From Acidimicrobiia bacterium (GTDB lineage Bacteria; Actinomycetota; Acidimicrobiia; Spongiisociales; UBA5794): a DNA stretch of 64,000 nucleotides. Made by a program: the position numbers and the translations under genes. How positions within the stretch are numbered: position 1 is the stretch's first letter; each line of letters starts with the position of its first letter. Below the pieces are notes generated by a model. That model was not told the origin of the DNA. It saw nothing but the letters and a program-made list of their open reading frames with translations, and did no database searches. Shown piece by piece: positions 8,124 through 17,307 of this stretch. Location of the stretch: contig JBFIXI010000002.1 in NCBI GenBank assembly GCA_041605955.1, forward strand, positions 19,525 through 83,524, given 5' to 3'.

Positions 8124-9447
8124 AGGCTCCGCCCAAGCGCACATTGGCTTCGAGCGGCACTGCGAATTGCGCGCCGTTGCGCGGGTTGATGATGATCAGC
8201 TCGCTCGTGCTCGGCGTCCATACGAAGAACCACTGCCCATCCTGGGAGAAACCCACCGTGCTGCGGGGATCCTGACTTGGCAGGGGGATGAGGCGCAGCG
8301 AGCGCGTGTCGAGCCGCTGCAGCACCAGCGCCGTACGAATGCCGCCGCTGACGGTGCGTCCTACCCACACTCCGTCAGGTGACAAGCTCCAGCGGCCGTC
8401 GGAGGCGAAGATCGACTCGCCGTCGGCGAGGTCCTCGCGGGGTGGAATAGTGGAGACGGTGAAGGCAGTGTTCGGAGCGCTGGAGGGCTCGAGCACGACT
8501 ATCTCCGTCGGCACGATGGCGACTGTGACGTCAATAGAGACACCCGCCGCTTCGAGCGCGTCCTCGGTGCCCACTGCAACGACTCTTCCCGAGCGGCTGG
8601 CCCGCAACGGCTCGGCGGCGGCCTGCGCCAGCACCCGACCTTCGGTGTCACGCAGGACGGTCAGCGCCGGCTGCTTGACGATTATCTGTCCCGTACTGTC
8701 ATCGATGAGGTTGACCGGCGGGGCGAGGTATTCCGCCAGGACCAGGCCGTGGTCCGTCCAGCCCATCAGCCAGCTGTTGCCTGGCAGGTCGCCGACGCGA
8801 CGTATCTCGCCGTCCGGCGGCCTCATATAGAGCGCCGTCTCCTTCGATACCTGATCTGTTCCCACCCAGGCAATCGTGCCGCTCCCGGCCGGATCCCAAG
8901 CGAACCCGTGACTGCCGACGAAGATGGGCTCCTGGCGCTGCCAGCCTCCAACGTGGAGCGCCCGGGCCCGCCCCGCCGTCTCGTAGGCGATGAAGTCCAA
9001 TGAGGCGGGCTCCGGTTGGACCGATATGGTGCGGGTGCTGCTCAACACGAAGCTCTGCGCCTGGCCACGGCCGGCATCCCAGAATGTCATGCGGTCGCCC
9101 TCGCGGCTCTGGCTGAAGGCGATCAGTCCGCCTTCCAGCCAGGGAACCAGCTCACTCAAGAGGGGCGGTGATGTGGTTGTTGTCGGAGTCGCACTCGAAG
9201 GCACTGCTGGGTCTTCGTCGGAGACAAGCGGTGCCAGCGTGACAAAACCACCCGAGCCCACTGCGGGACCGCTCTCGGGCTCGGGTCGGCCGGTACCGGC
9301 CAGCCACAGCGCGAAGACGATCACGGCAGCAAGTGCCAGCAGGGCCGGAGGCCATTGGCCCCCGGAGCGCGGCATGCGGCGGCCGGCGTCGTCTGGTCGA
9401 AGCGGCGGCAGCGGAGTGATGCGGCCGCGACCCTCGGGTGCCTCCAT
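8104..9447 (-). CDS. Secreted or membrane-anchored protein: N-terminal TM/signal, Pro/Thr-rich linker, TolB/PD40-like beta-propeller repeats
   Basis: Hydrophobic segment 'WPPALLALAAVIVFALWLAG', then a P/T-rich stretch, then repeats with W/G-rich blades. Start chosen at the internal Met (MEAPEG...). The ORF track extends to 9681 across the divergent promoter region. Confidence 0.4.
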   Translation of the reverse strand: MEAPEGRGRITPLPPLRPDDAGRRMPRSGGQWPPALLALAAVIVFALWLAGTGRPEPESGPAVGSGGFVTLAPLVSDEDPAVPSSATPTTTTSPPLLSELVPWLEGGLIAFSQSREGDRMTFWDAGRGQAQSFVLSSTRTISVQPEPASLDFIAYETAGRARALHVGGWQRQEPIFVGSHGFAWDPAGSGTIAWVGTDQVSKETALYMRPPDGEIRRVGDLPGNSWLMGWTDHGLVLAEYLAPPVNLIDDSTGQIIVKQPALTVLRDTEGRVLAQAAAEPLRASRSGRVVAVGTEDALEAAGVSIDVTVAIVPTEIVVLEPSSAPNTAFTVSTIPPREDLADGESIFASDGRWSLSPDGVWVGRTVSGGIRTALVLQRLDTRSLRLIPLPSQDPRSTVGFSQDGQWFFVWTPSTSELIIINPRNGAQFAVPLEANVRLGGAFIRPAA

Positions 9448-9552
9448 CGGGAGGGATGGTAATACGCGGGGACCACCCTGATTACTGGTGGGCCCGTTGG
9501 GGCGAGGGGAGGGTCTAACGTGCCTTCCTAGCCGATTCCCGAAGGGAGAACG

Positions 9553-10458
9553 ATGGTGGATTTCACGGACCGGGTCGCGATCGTCACCGGCGCCGGCGGT
9601 GGACTTGGTCGGTCGCACGCCCTGCTGCTGGCGTCGCTGGGCGCCGCCGTGGTCGTCAACGACTTGGGGGGCACGGTCCACGGCGAGGGATCATCGGCCC
9701 GCGCCGCGGACGGCGTCGTTGCCGAGATCGAAGCGAGTGGAGGAGTGGCCGTTGCCGACTACAACTCGGTGGCGGCTCCGGAGTCGGCCCGCGCCATCGT
9801 CGAACGCGCCTTGGAGGAGTTCGGCCGAGTCGACATCCTCATCAACAACGCCGGCATCCTGCGGGACCGCTCGTTCGCCAACATGACGGACGAGGAGCTT
9901 CGCGCAGTCCTCGACGTTCACCTGCGCGGCGCCTTCTACGTGACTCAGCCAGCTTTCATTCATATGAAGGAGCACGGCTACGGTCGCATCATCATGACGT
10001 CGAGCGCGTCGGGCATCATGGGCAACTTCGGGCAATCCAACTATGGAGCCGCCAAGATGGGCCTGATCGGGCTCATGAATGTGTTGGCGTTGGAGGGCGC
10101 CAAGTACGGCATCAAGGTCAACGCCATTGCGCCCATCGCCGGCACCCGGATGACTCGTGACATCCTCGGTGAGGTATTCGACTACTTCCGGCCCGAGTTG
10201 GTCTCACCGGCGGTCGCCTACCTTGCGTCGGAGGAGTGCGAACTGTCGGCGGAGGTCTGGTCTGTGGGAGGCGGTTCGGTGAGTCGGGTCTTCATCGCGC
10301 TCGCCGAGGGCTACTTCAAACATCCGCATCAGGGCGACCTGACCGTTGACGATATCGTGGCCAACCTCGCCGAGATCCGCTCCGAGGACGGCTACATCAT
10401 CCCGTATTCCTCCCAGGACGAATTCGCCAAGCTGGGTCCGCGCCTGCTCGACGGATGA
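9553..10458 (+). CDS. SDR-family oxidoreductase, MFE-2-like (3R)-hydroxyacyl-CoA dehydrogenase type
   Basis: TGAGGGLG Rossmann motif, 'NDLGG...G...SSAAD.VV.EI...GG.A.A.YNSV' and 'NNAGILRDRSF', then YxxxK. Confidence 0.65.
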   Translation: MVDFTDRVAIVTGAGGGLGRSHALLLASLGAAVVVNDLGGTVHGEGSSARAADGVVAEIEASGGVAVADYNSVAAPESARAIVERALEEFGRVDILINNAGILRDRSFANMTDEELRAVLDVHLRGAFYVTQPAFIHMKEHGYGRIIMTSSASGIMGNFGQSNYGAAKMGLIGLMNVLALEGAKYGIKVNAIAPIAGTRMTRDILGEVFDYFRPELVSPAVAYLASEECELSAEVWSVGGGSVSRVFIALAEGYFKHPHQGDLTVDDIVANLAEIRSEDGYIIPYSSQDEFAKLGPRLLDG

Positions 10459-11033
10459 CCGCACCGCAGCCGGGGGCCGACGCCTCCAAGGACGAATGGC
10501 GGAACTGGGCGCGTCTCGTTCGCGCCGAGCTCGACTGGGAGGCGGCGACGGTGGCGATCGACGACTCGCTGGTCGCTTGGGGGCCGTTGCGGTCTGCTAC
10601 CACGGTGTTGACGTACCTGCCAATGGCCGCCGAGGTGAATCTCCAACCGCTGCTGGAGAGCGACCTCCCCTGCCGCTGGGTCACCACCCGCACCCCGGAA
10701 ACGGGACGAATGCTCACTCTGCACGAGTTGGGCGGTCCTCTGGAGGTTCACGCCTACGGGTATCTGCAGCCTCACGCCTCCGCGCCGCAGGTCGACCCGT
10801 TGGATATCGACGTGATGCTGGTCCCCGGGCTCGCTTTCGACCTGTGGGGGAACCGGCTCGGGCGGGGCGCCGGGTACTACGACCGGCTGTTGACAATGGC
10901 CCGTCCCGATGCGCTGTTGCTCGGTATCGTTCCGGTGGCGCTGGTGGTCGATCGCCTGCCCGCCGGGGCCCATGACGTACCCATGACCCACCTTGCAACG
11001 GAAGAAGGCGTGATCGAGACGGCCCGACCGTGA
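10455..11033 (+). CDS. 5-formyltetrahydrofolate cyclo-ligase
   Basis: 'LVPGLAFDLWGNRLGRGAGYYDR' signature. ATGA overlap with the upstream SDR gene. Confidence 0.7.
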   Translation: MTAPQPGADASKDEWRNWARLVRAELDWEAATVAIDDSLVAWGPLRSATTVLTYLPMAAEVNLQPLLESDLPCRWVTTRTPETGRMLTLHELGGPLEVHAYGYLQPHASAPQVDPLDIDVMLVPGLAFDLWGNRLGRGAGYYDRLLTMARPDALLLGIVPVALVVDRLPAGAHDVPMTHLATEEGVIETARP

Positions 11034-11521
11034 CTGCCGCCTCGCACTTGCCGGCGGCCACCAGACGATTCCTGGCGTCGGTCGGCGACGTGGGCGTCAC
11101 CATCGAGCCAGTCGTCTTTCCAGAAGATACCAGGACATCGGCACAGGCGGCAGCCGCGCTCGGATGTGAGGTTGCCGAGATCACGAAGTCCCTGGTGTTC
11201 ATGGCCGATGAGGAGCCGGTGATGGTGTTGATCGCCGGAAATCGCCGGGTGGACGTGGCTGCGGTCGCCAAAGTCGTTGATGCCCAACGGGTACGACGGG
11301 CGCAGCTAGAGGAGGTGAGGAATCACACCGGTTTCGTCGCCGGAGGAACTCCTCCATTCGGGCATGTAAAGGCGATGCGGGTTCTTGCCGATCGTTCCAT
11401 TGACAGCAACGATGTCGTGTGGGTCGCTGCGGGGTCGCCGAAGAGCGTTTTCGCGATCGGCGTAGCGGACCTGGTGCGGCTCTCCGAGGCCGTTTGGGTC
11501 GATGTAGCAGAAGAGGTATGA
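11030..11521 (+). CDS. YbaK/ProX-like aminoacyl-tRNA deacylase domain protein
   Basis: 163 aa with 'GGTPPFGH' and the K-x-L motif of the YbaK/ProRS-associated editing domain. It is the second YbaK-like gene in the window. Confidence 0.55.
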   Translation: MTAASHLPAATRRFLASVGDVGVTIEPVVFPEDTRTSAQAAAALGCEVAEITKSLVFMADEEPVMVLIAGNRRVDVAAVAKVVDAQRVRRAQLEEVRNHTGFVAGGTPPFGHVKAMRVLADRSIDSNDVVWVAAGSPKSVFAIGVADLVRLSEAVWVDVAEEV

Positions 11522-11527
11522 GCCAAA

Positions 11528-12085
11528 ATGGGAACCTGGCAAGACGCAACAGCACTGATCGTGATCGACGTCCAGATGGGCTTCAACGACACCGGCTACT
11601 GGGGCGAGCGCAACAACCCGAACTGTGAGCTGAATATCGGCGATCTGCTGGAGGCCTGGCGCAAGCAAAGCTGGCCCGTGGTGTTCGTCAAACACAACTC
11701 GCTGGACGAGCGCTCGCCGCTGCACAAGAACCATCCGGGGAACGCGTTCAAGCCGGTGATGGAGGGTAACCCGGACTTGCTCATCGAGAAGTCGACTCAC
11801 TCGGCGTTCTTCGGAACGCCCGATCTGCATCGGTGGCTTCAGGACGAGGGCATCACCAGCATCGCCATCTGCGGCATCCAGACCAACATGTGTTGCGAGT
11901 CCACGGCCCGCATGGCCTCCGATCTGGGCTACGACGTGCTGTTCATCATCGACGCGACACACACATTCGATATCACTCCGCCGGACGGCCAAGGGATCAG
12001 GGCACGTGACGTCTCTCGCACCACGCAGCTCCAGCTCGATGGGCAGTTCGGGCGGGTGGTGCACACCAAGGAGCTGATCGGCTAG
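11528..12085 (+). CDS. Isochorismatase-family cysteine hydrolase
   Basis: 'ALIVIDVQ.GF', the catalytic Cys region 'ICGIQTNMCCESTARMA' and 'DVLFIIDA'. Confidence 0.65.
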   Translation: MGTWQDATALIVIDVQMGFNDTGYWGERNNPNCELNIGDLLEAWRKQSWPVVFVKHNSLDERSPLHKNHPGNAFKPVMEGNPDLLIEKSTHSAFFGTPDLHRWLQDEGITSIAICGIQTNMCCESTARMASDLGYDVLFIIDATHTFDITPPDGQGIRARDVSRTTQLQLDGQFGRVVHTKELIG

Positions 12086-12096
12086 CTCCGGCTGGG

Positions 12097-13095
12097 CTAA
12101 GGCTTCACTTGAACCAATCGGGTCGCATTGACCCGCGCCCGGGTGGGGCCCGGCTGCACTGCGGCGTCGGCGGCCGCCAGCAGCTCGACTCCATCCAACT
12201 GCACAACCGCATGTACCGCGCCGTCCTGGAAACGGCGCGCTAGCACTTCCACGTCAAGCGATCCGTCGGCATCGATCGTGATGGCTCCGGGAAGGAAGGC
12301 GATGTGATGTCGGCCGTCTGGCAGTCGCACAGGAACCTGGGCTCCAGCGATCTCGGCCCTTCCGTCGCTGACCGAGACGTCGGCCAGCACCGGGAAGCCA
12401 AGGAGCGTGGCTACGGCAGCATCACCGGGATCCGCCCACAGCTTCTCCGGCGTGCCCTGCGCCACCTTGCGGCCGGCGTCGAGCACGACGACCTGATCGG
12501 ACACGGCAAAGGCCTCATAGTGGTCGTGAGTCACGTAGAGAGCAGTAACGCCCAGCTCGCCGAAGATTCGTTGCATGTCGGCCAACAACTGGTCGCGGCG
12601 GGCCCGGTCGAGCGCGCCCAGCGGTTCGTCGAGGAGGACCAGCTCCGGCTCGGGTGCCAACGTCCGGGCCAGCCCAACCCGCTGTTGCTCACCTCCCGAC
12701 AGATCCGCCACGCGACGCGACTCGTATCCGGCCAACCCGACCAGATCGAGCATATGGCGGACGCGGGCCTGCGACCAGTCGTCGGGTCGATTCTGCATGC
12801 GCAGCCCGAATGCGATGTTGCGGCCGACGTCGAGATGCGGGAACAGTGCGTAGTCCTGGAACATCAGGCCGAACTGGCGCTGATGGGCGGGCACCGCAGT
12901 GATGTCTCGACCTCGCCACGACACCTCTCCGGCATCGGGAACGACCAGCCCGGCTATGACCCGCAACAACGTGGTCTTGCCCGAGCCCGACTCTCCCATG
13001 ATCGCGGTGATCGATCCCTCGGCCACTTCGAGGCTCACGTCGGCCAGAGCCTCCGTGGTCCCATACGTCACCGACAACGACTGGCATCGCAGCAT
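12097..13095 (-). CDS. ABC transporter ATP-binding protein (thiamine/Fe3+-type, ThiQ/FbpC-like) with a C-terminal TOBE-like domain
   Basis: Walker A GESGSGKTT, signature LSGGEQQRV and Walker B LLLDEP. Confidence 0.75.
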   Translation of the reverse strand: MLRCQSLSVTYGTTEALADVSLEVAEGSITAIMGESGSGKTTLLRVIAGLVVPDAGEVSWRGRDITAVPAHQRQFGLMFQDYALFPHLDVGRNIAFGLRMQNRPDDWSQARVRHMLDLVGLAGYESRRVADLSGGEQQRVGLARTLAPEPELVLLDEPLGALDRARRDQLLADMQRIFGELGVTALYVTHDHYEAFAVSDQVVVLDAGRKVAQGTPEKLWADPGDAAVATLLGFPVLADVSVSDGRAEIAGAQVPVRLPDGRHHIAFLPGAITIDADGSLDVEVLARRFQDGAVHAVVQLDGVELLAAADAAVQPGPTRARVNATRLVQVKP

Positions 13096-14717
13096 CAGAA
13101 TTCCTGGGCGGTATCGCTGCGCCAGCGCTCGACGACGAATATCCCGGCGGCGGTTACCAGCATCAGCACGGTCGCAGCAGCCATCGCTTGGCCGAATGTT
13201 GCGGTGCCCGGCCGGGTGAGCAGCCGATACACGGCGATGGGGAGGGTGGGGACATCGGGTCTGGCAATGAAGCTGGTGGCACCGAATTCACCCATCGACA
13301 CGGCAAAGGCGAAGGCCCCGCCTACCAACAGCGCCCGGCGCACGATGGGAAGATCGATCTCGAGCCATACTCGGCGGGGCGCCGCCCCGAGCACTGCCGC
13401 CGCCTCCCGAAGGCGTCCCTCGATGCTCCGCAAAACGGGAAGCGAGGTGCGAACAACGAAAGGTACCGCGACGAGCGCGTGCGCGATCGGCAACAACCAA
13501 AAGGACGTGCGCAGATCGATCGGCGCGTCCAAGGCCAGGAGAAAGCCGAAGCCGAGCGTGACTGCAGATGTGCCGAGCGGCAACATGATGAGCACGTCGA
13601 GCGACTGGCCAGCCCGACCGCGGGCGCGGTTGATTGCCCATGAGGTCAGTATCCCGATCGCGAGGGCGATCAGCGTCGCCAGCAGCGCGATCCATAGCGA
13701 GTTCGTCACCGCTTCTGCGGCGGGGACGAAGAGGGCGCTCGTCGGCTCGACGAGGGCCGTGTAGTTGGCCAGGCCCCAGCCAGATTCTGTCGAGATCGAG
13801 CGGACCACGATGGCCGCCAAAGGAGCACCGAGCAACAGCGCCATCGCGGTCAGGTTGCAGGCGACAACCATGCGCTGCCGCCATGTTGCTACCCGCAGGG
13901 CCGTGGCGCGCACCGCCGCGACTTTGCCCGGCACGGCGCGGCGGCGTTGATAGCGCGAGTAGAACCACAGCACGCCCACGATCCCTACGAGCTGGACGAT
14001 TGCCAGGGCGGCCGCCGCCGGCAGATTGAGCAGGCTCTTGGCCTGCCGCCATATCTCCACCTCGATCGTCGAGTGCACCAGATCTCCGAGAATCAGCACC
14101 ACTCCGAACGACGTGAAGCTGAAGAGAAACACGATCGACGCCGCCGAGGCTATCGAGGGCAAGATGAGCGGCAGGGTCACGTGACGAAAGGTCCGCCAGC
14201 GGTCGGCGCCCAACGATGCTGCCGCATCGCCCAGCTTGGGATCGAGCCTCTCCCAGGCTGCGGAGACCGTCCGGACCACGACTGCATAGTTGAAGAAGAC
14301 ATGGGCGATGAGGATTGCCCATACCGTGCGCCTCAGATCGATGCCCAGCGGGCCCTCGGGGCCGAGGACGGTGAGGAATGCGCCGCCCACGACCACAGTC
14401 GGCATGATGAACGGCACGGTCACCGCCGCCTTGACCAACCGTTTGCCCCTGAAGTTGTAGCGCCCTAGCACGTAGGCCCCTGGCAGGGCAAGGGCGACGG
14501 TGAGCAGCGTTGACGCGGTTGCTTGCCAGAGGGTGAACCAGGCGATCGCCCGCAGTGAAGGACGGCTGAGCACCTCCCACACCCCGATGTCGGTTCCCGT
14601 CCCGGTGATTCCCGTAACCAGGATCGTCGCCAGCGGATAAACGAAGAAGTAGCCGAAGAACGCAACAGGAACTGCGGTGAGGGCCCACCGCTGCCACCTG
14701 CCGGCGGCGGCTCTCAT
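13095..14717 (-). CDS. ABC transporter permease with two fused permease domains (ThiP/FbpB-like)
   Basis: Two sets of about 6 TM helices with EAA-like loops. Start set at the internal Met (MRAAAGRW...), which gives an ATGA overlap with the substrate-binding protein gene. The ORF track extends to 14933 inside the upstream gene. Confidence 0.7.
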   Translation of the reverse strand: MRAAAGRWQRWALTAVPVAFFGYFFVYPLATILVTGITGTGTDIGVWEVLSRPSLRAIAWFTLWQATASTLLTVALALPGAYVLGRYNFRGKRLVKAAVTVPFIMPTVVVGGAFLTVLGPEGPLGIDLRRTVWAILIAHVFFNYAVVVRTVSAAWERLDPKLGDAAASLGADRWRTFRHVTLPLILPSIASAASIVFLFSFTSFGVVLILGDLVHSTIEVEIWRQAKSLLNLPAAAALAIVQLVGIVGVLWFYSRYQRRRAVPGKVAAVRATALRVATWRQRMVVACNLTAMALLLGAPLAAIVVRSISTESGWGLANYTALVEPTSALFVPAAEAVTNSLWIALLATLIALAIGILTSWAINRARGRAGQSLDVLIMLPLGTSAVTLGFGFLLALDAPIDLRTSFWLLPIAHALVAVPFVVRTSLPVLRSIEGRLREAAAVLGAAPRRVWLEIDLPIVRRALLVGGAFAFAVSMGEFGATSFIARPDVPTLPIAVYRLLTRPGTATFGQAMAAATVLMLVTAAGIFVVERWRSDTAQEF

Positions 14718-15751
14718 GAGCGCATGATCTCCGTCCAGTCTTCGATCCAGCGCTCGCGGTTGGCGTCGATGAGTTCGGGCTCCATCGTCGCCGGCGCTGC
14801 CGGGATCTCGGTGTGCTCGACGAACTCGGGGGGGAGGGCGGCGTCGGTGCGCGCCGGGAACACGAACATGTTCAGCGGCATGTCCTCCTGGAACCGCTTG
14901 CTGATCATGAAGTCGATGAAGCGTCGGGCCCACGGCTCAGCTTCGGTACCCGCTAGTACCCCGGCGTATTCGATCTGGCGGAAGCAACCGGGCAGCACCA
15001 CGCCAGTCGGGGCAACCGCGGGGCGGGGGTCGGAGAAGATGACTCCCGCAGGCGGCGACGACGCGTAGGAGACGACCAGCGGACGGGTGCCGGAGCCGCC
15101 GCCGGAGAACTCCGACCAGTAGGCCGCCTCCCAATCGGGGGCCACGAGGACGTCGTTGTCGCGCAGGTCGGCCCAGAAATCTCGCCACGTGTACGACGCG
15201 TCGTCGGGGAACTCGACAATCGTTGCCAACAGGAAAGCCAGCCCGGGCGACGAGGTGGCCGGGTTCTCGACGACGAGCTGTCCCGCATATGCGGGATGGG
15301 TCAAATCCCGCAGGTTGGTGGGCACTGCCAGCCCCGCATCCGCCAGCCCGGCCTTGTCGTAATTGAGGCAGACGTCACCGAAGTCGATGGGGGTGACGCG
15401 GTCGTTGCCTCCGAGGCCTGGGGTCAGTGCGTCGGCATCGTCCGGCCGATACGGCGCGAAGATCTCTGCGTTGAGGGCTCGCGACAGGAATGTGTTGTCG
15501 ATGCCGTAGAGGACGTCCGCAATCGGGGCGTCTTTCGTGAGGATGGCTTGGCTCACCATCGTGCCGGCATCCCCGCCATCGAGCACCCGTACGGCGACAC
15601 CGGTGTCCGCCGCGAACTCCTCGAGGATCCCCTCGGACACGGCGAACGAGCTGTGCGTCAGCAGGACGATCTCGGAGGGGGACGCGTCGTCTCCACAACT
15701 TGCGGCCAGTAGCGCTACGACCGTCAGCCAGACTCCCAGCCGGCGGCTCAC
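14714..15751 (-). CDS. ABC substrate-binding lipoprotein (thiamine/iron TbpA/FbpA family)
   Basis: Lipobox 'LLAASCG' and periplasmic-binding-protein fold features. It lies in an operon with the TPK, permease and ATPase genes. Confidence 0.6.
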   Translation of the reverse strand: MSRRLGVWLTVVALLAASCGDDASPSEIVLLTHSSFAVSEGILEEFAADTGVAVRVLDGGDAGTMVSQAILTKDAPIADVLYGIDNTFLSRALNAEIFAPYRPDDADALTPGLGGNDRVTPIDFGDVCLNYDKAGLADAGLAVPTNLRDLTHPAYAGQLVVENPATSSPGLAFLLATIVEFPDDASYTWRDFWADLRDNDVLVAPDWEAAYWSEFSGGGSGTRPLVVSYASSPPAGVIFSDPRPAVAPTGVVLPGCFRQIEYAGVLAGTEAEPWARRFIDFMISKRFQEDMPLNMFVFPARTDAALPPEFVEHTEIPAAPATMEPELIDANRERWIEDWTEIMRS

Positions 15752-16437
15752 CTCTCCTCCCTTTCATGAATGACGAGAAGGGTCCCGGTACCTACTTCGA
15801 TCGTCGCTGCATCCGCCAACAGTTCATTGCTTATACCGCGGGTGGTCGCACTCGGCAGCGATTCGTCGTGCAGCGGCCACCTGAGGCCGGTGGTCGAGAT
15901 CCCGGTGACGTCGCCGTCCACCGGTATCAGCGATACGAGATCGGCCGGATGCCCATCGAGGTGCTGCGGCCTGTGGTTGTTGACGACGTGGATCTCGGCA
16001 CGCGGAATCAGCCAACAGATGTCGACGTGGGCATACTTGGCGCCGGCGAGCAGGCTGGCGGTACCCAGCAGGTGGGAGATGCGGCCACCGGCCCCGCCGA
16101 TCACGACTATGGATCTCGCGCCGTAGGCGCACGCCATATCGAGAGCCAACTCGAGGTCGGTAGCGTCCTTGTCAACGGGGTACCGCTCGATGCGGCTCCC
16201 TAGTCGCTCCGCCTCCCGTAACGACTGCGGTGAGGCCGAGTCCATGTCGCCGATCACGACCGTTACCGGTAGGCCGAGCTGCAGAGCGAGCTCGATCCCG
16301 GAGTCGGCGGCGATCACCAGTGAGATGGCGCCCCCGATGCGGGGGAGCTGACCCGACCAAGGAGCGCCGCCGGCGGCGACCAGGGCACGCTCGTAGTTTC
16401 CGGATGTCCCGGCTGCGCTGTCGGGGGGAGTTTCCAC
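15748..16437 (-). CDS. Thiamine pyrophosphokinase (TPK/ThiN type)
   Basis: 'VVIGGAGGRISH' catalytic region plus a C-terminal thiamine-binding domain. It sits directly behind a TPP riboswitch. Confidence 0.65.
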   Translation of the reverse strand: METPPDSAAGTSGNYERALVAAGGAPWSGQLPRIGGAISLVIAADSGIELALQLGLPVTVVIGDMDSASPQSLREAERLGSRIERYPVDKDATDLELALDMACAYGARSIVVIGGAGGRISHLLGTASLLAGAKYAHVDICWLIPRAEIHVVNNHRPQHLDGHPADLVSLIPVDGDVTGISTTGLRWPLHDESLPSATTRGISNELLADAATIEVGTGTLLVIHEREER

Positions 16438-16540
16438 GCACTTCCTCCGCTGGATTTAGCCAGTTCAGGTTCCACGGGTCGCCGGCACCTCGCAGTTGCG
16501 AATCGCCGCCCTCTCAGCCCGCTGTGGCGCGAGCTCCCCG
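16434..16540 (-). ncRNA. TPP (THI-box) riboswitch
   Basis: Minus-strand sequence CCACAGCGGGCTGAGAGGG...GACCCGTGGAACCTGAACTGGCTAAATCCAGCGGAGGAAG-TGC-GTG(start). It carries the CUGAGA motif, a GGG/ACCC pairing, a GAACCUGA...CUGG-loop-CCAGCG pyrophosphate-sensor helix, and a 3' GGAGGAAG that doubles as the RBS. Confidence 0.7.
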
Positions 16541-16683
16541 GGGTGGTTTGCAGTCCGATTGTAGCGAAGCTTTGCAAGTGATTAGACACTTGACAGATCT
16601 GGTGGGAATGTGACATCATATAGACATTAGAAAGACATCATCACTATGTCGAGATGGTGTCACGCTCCTCAGGAGGCGGGGTC

Positions 16684-16842
16684 ATGATCTGGTACAACAA
16701 CATCGATGCGGTCAATGCGATCCGGCTGGGCATCCATGAGGATCTGGTGGGCTCCCGTCGGGGGCGGAGGTCCCGTCGGGCTCGCGGGCTCCGCCTGGTC
16801 GGCCCCGGAGATCACCAACTCCCATATCACGGGCTCCGGTAG
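16684..16842 (+). CDS. Possible small ORF (52 aa, Arg-rich) with a consensus RBS
   Basis: AGGAGG sits 8 nt upstream of the ATG. It lies in the divergent region between the riboswitch and the RHH gene. I recognise no homology. Confidence 0.2.
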   Translation: MIWYNNIDAVNAIRLGIHEDLVGSRRGRRSRRARGLRLVGPGDHQLPYHGLR

Positions 16843-16866
16843 GCCCCTAGTGTCACGCAGGTAACC

Positions 16867-17307
16867 ATGCAGATCGAAGTGATACTCGATGGGATCGCAG
16901 AGGCGGTCGAGCAGCAGCTCTCGCTCGGCGACGGGGGAGAAGCACTCGAGGGCGCGGCGGTGGCCCTGATGGCCGCGTTGCGCCCAGCGCTCCAGCAAGC
17001 GGCCTATCGCATCGCCGAGCAAGCGGCCACCGAGGTAGGTGCCCAGCTGCAGGGCTACTCGGTAAGCGTGGTCCTGGAGGACGCAGAGCCGTCGTTGCTG
17101 GTGCGTGAGGACCCGGCCTCACGTTCCTTCCAGTCGGACGACCTGTCGGCCCGGATCACGCTGCGTCTACCAGATTCCCTCAAGGATGATCTCGAAGCTG
17201 CCGCCGGGGAGGCAGGCGACTCCGTCAACGCGTTCGTGGTCAAGGCGCTGTCGAGTCGGGCCGGGCGACGAGCCGCTCGCCGGATCACCGACACATTCGA
17301 GACGTGA
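16867..17307 (+). CDS. Protein with a C-terminal ribbon-helix-helix (CopG/Arc-like) domain, possibly HicB-like
   Basis: C-terminal 'ARITLRLPDSLKDDLEAAAGEAGDSVNAFVVKAL' has the beta-alpha-alpha pattern of RHH. Its stop overlaps the GTG start of the next gene (GTGA). Confidence 0.4.
   Translation: MQIEVILDGIAEAVEQQLSLGDGGEALEGAAVALMAALRPALQQAAYRIAEQAATEVGAQLQGYSVSVVLEDAEPSLLVREDPASRSFQSDDLSARITLRLPDSLKDDLEAAAGEAGDSVNAFVVKALSSRAGRRAARRITDTFET

Noticed and set aside
12304-13764. 486-aa plus-strand ORF
   Set aside because: It is antisense to the ABC ATPase and permease genes, whose motifs are unambiguous
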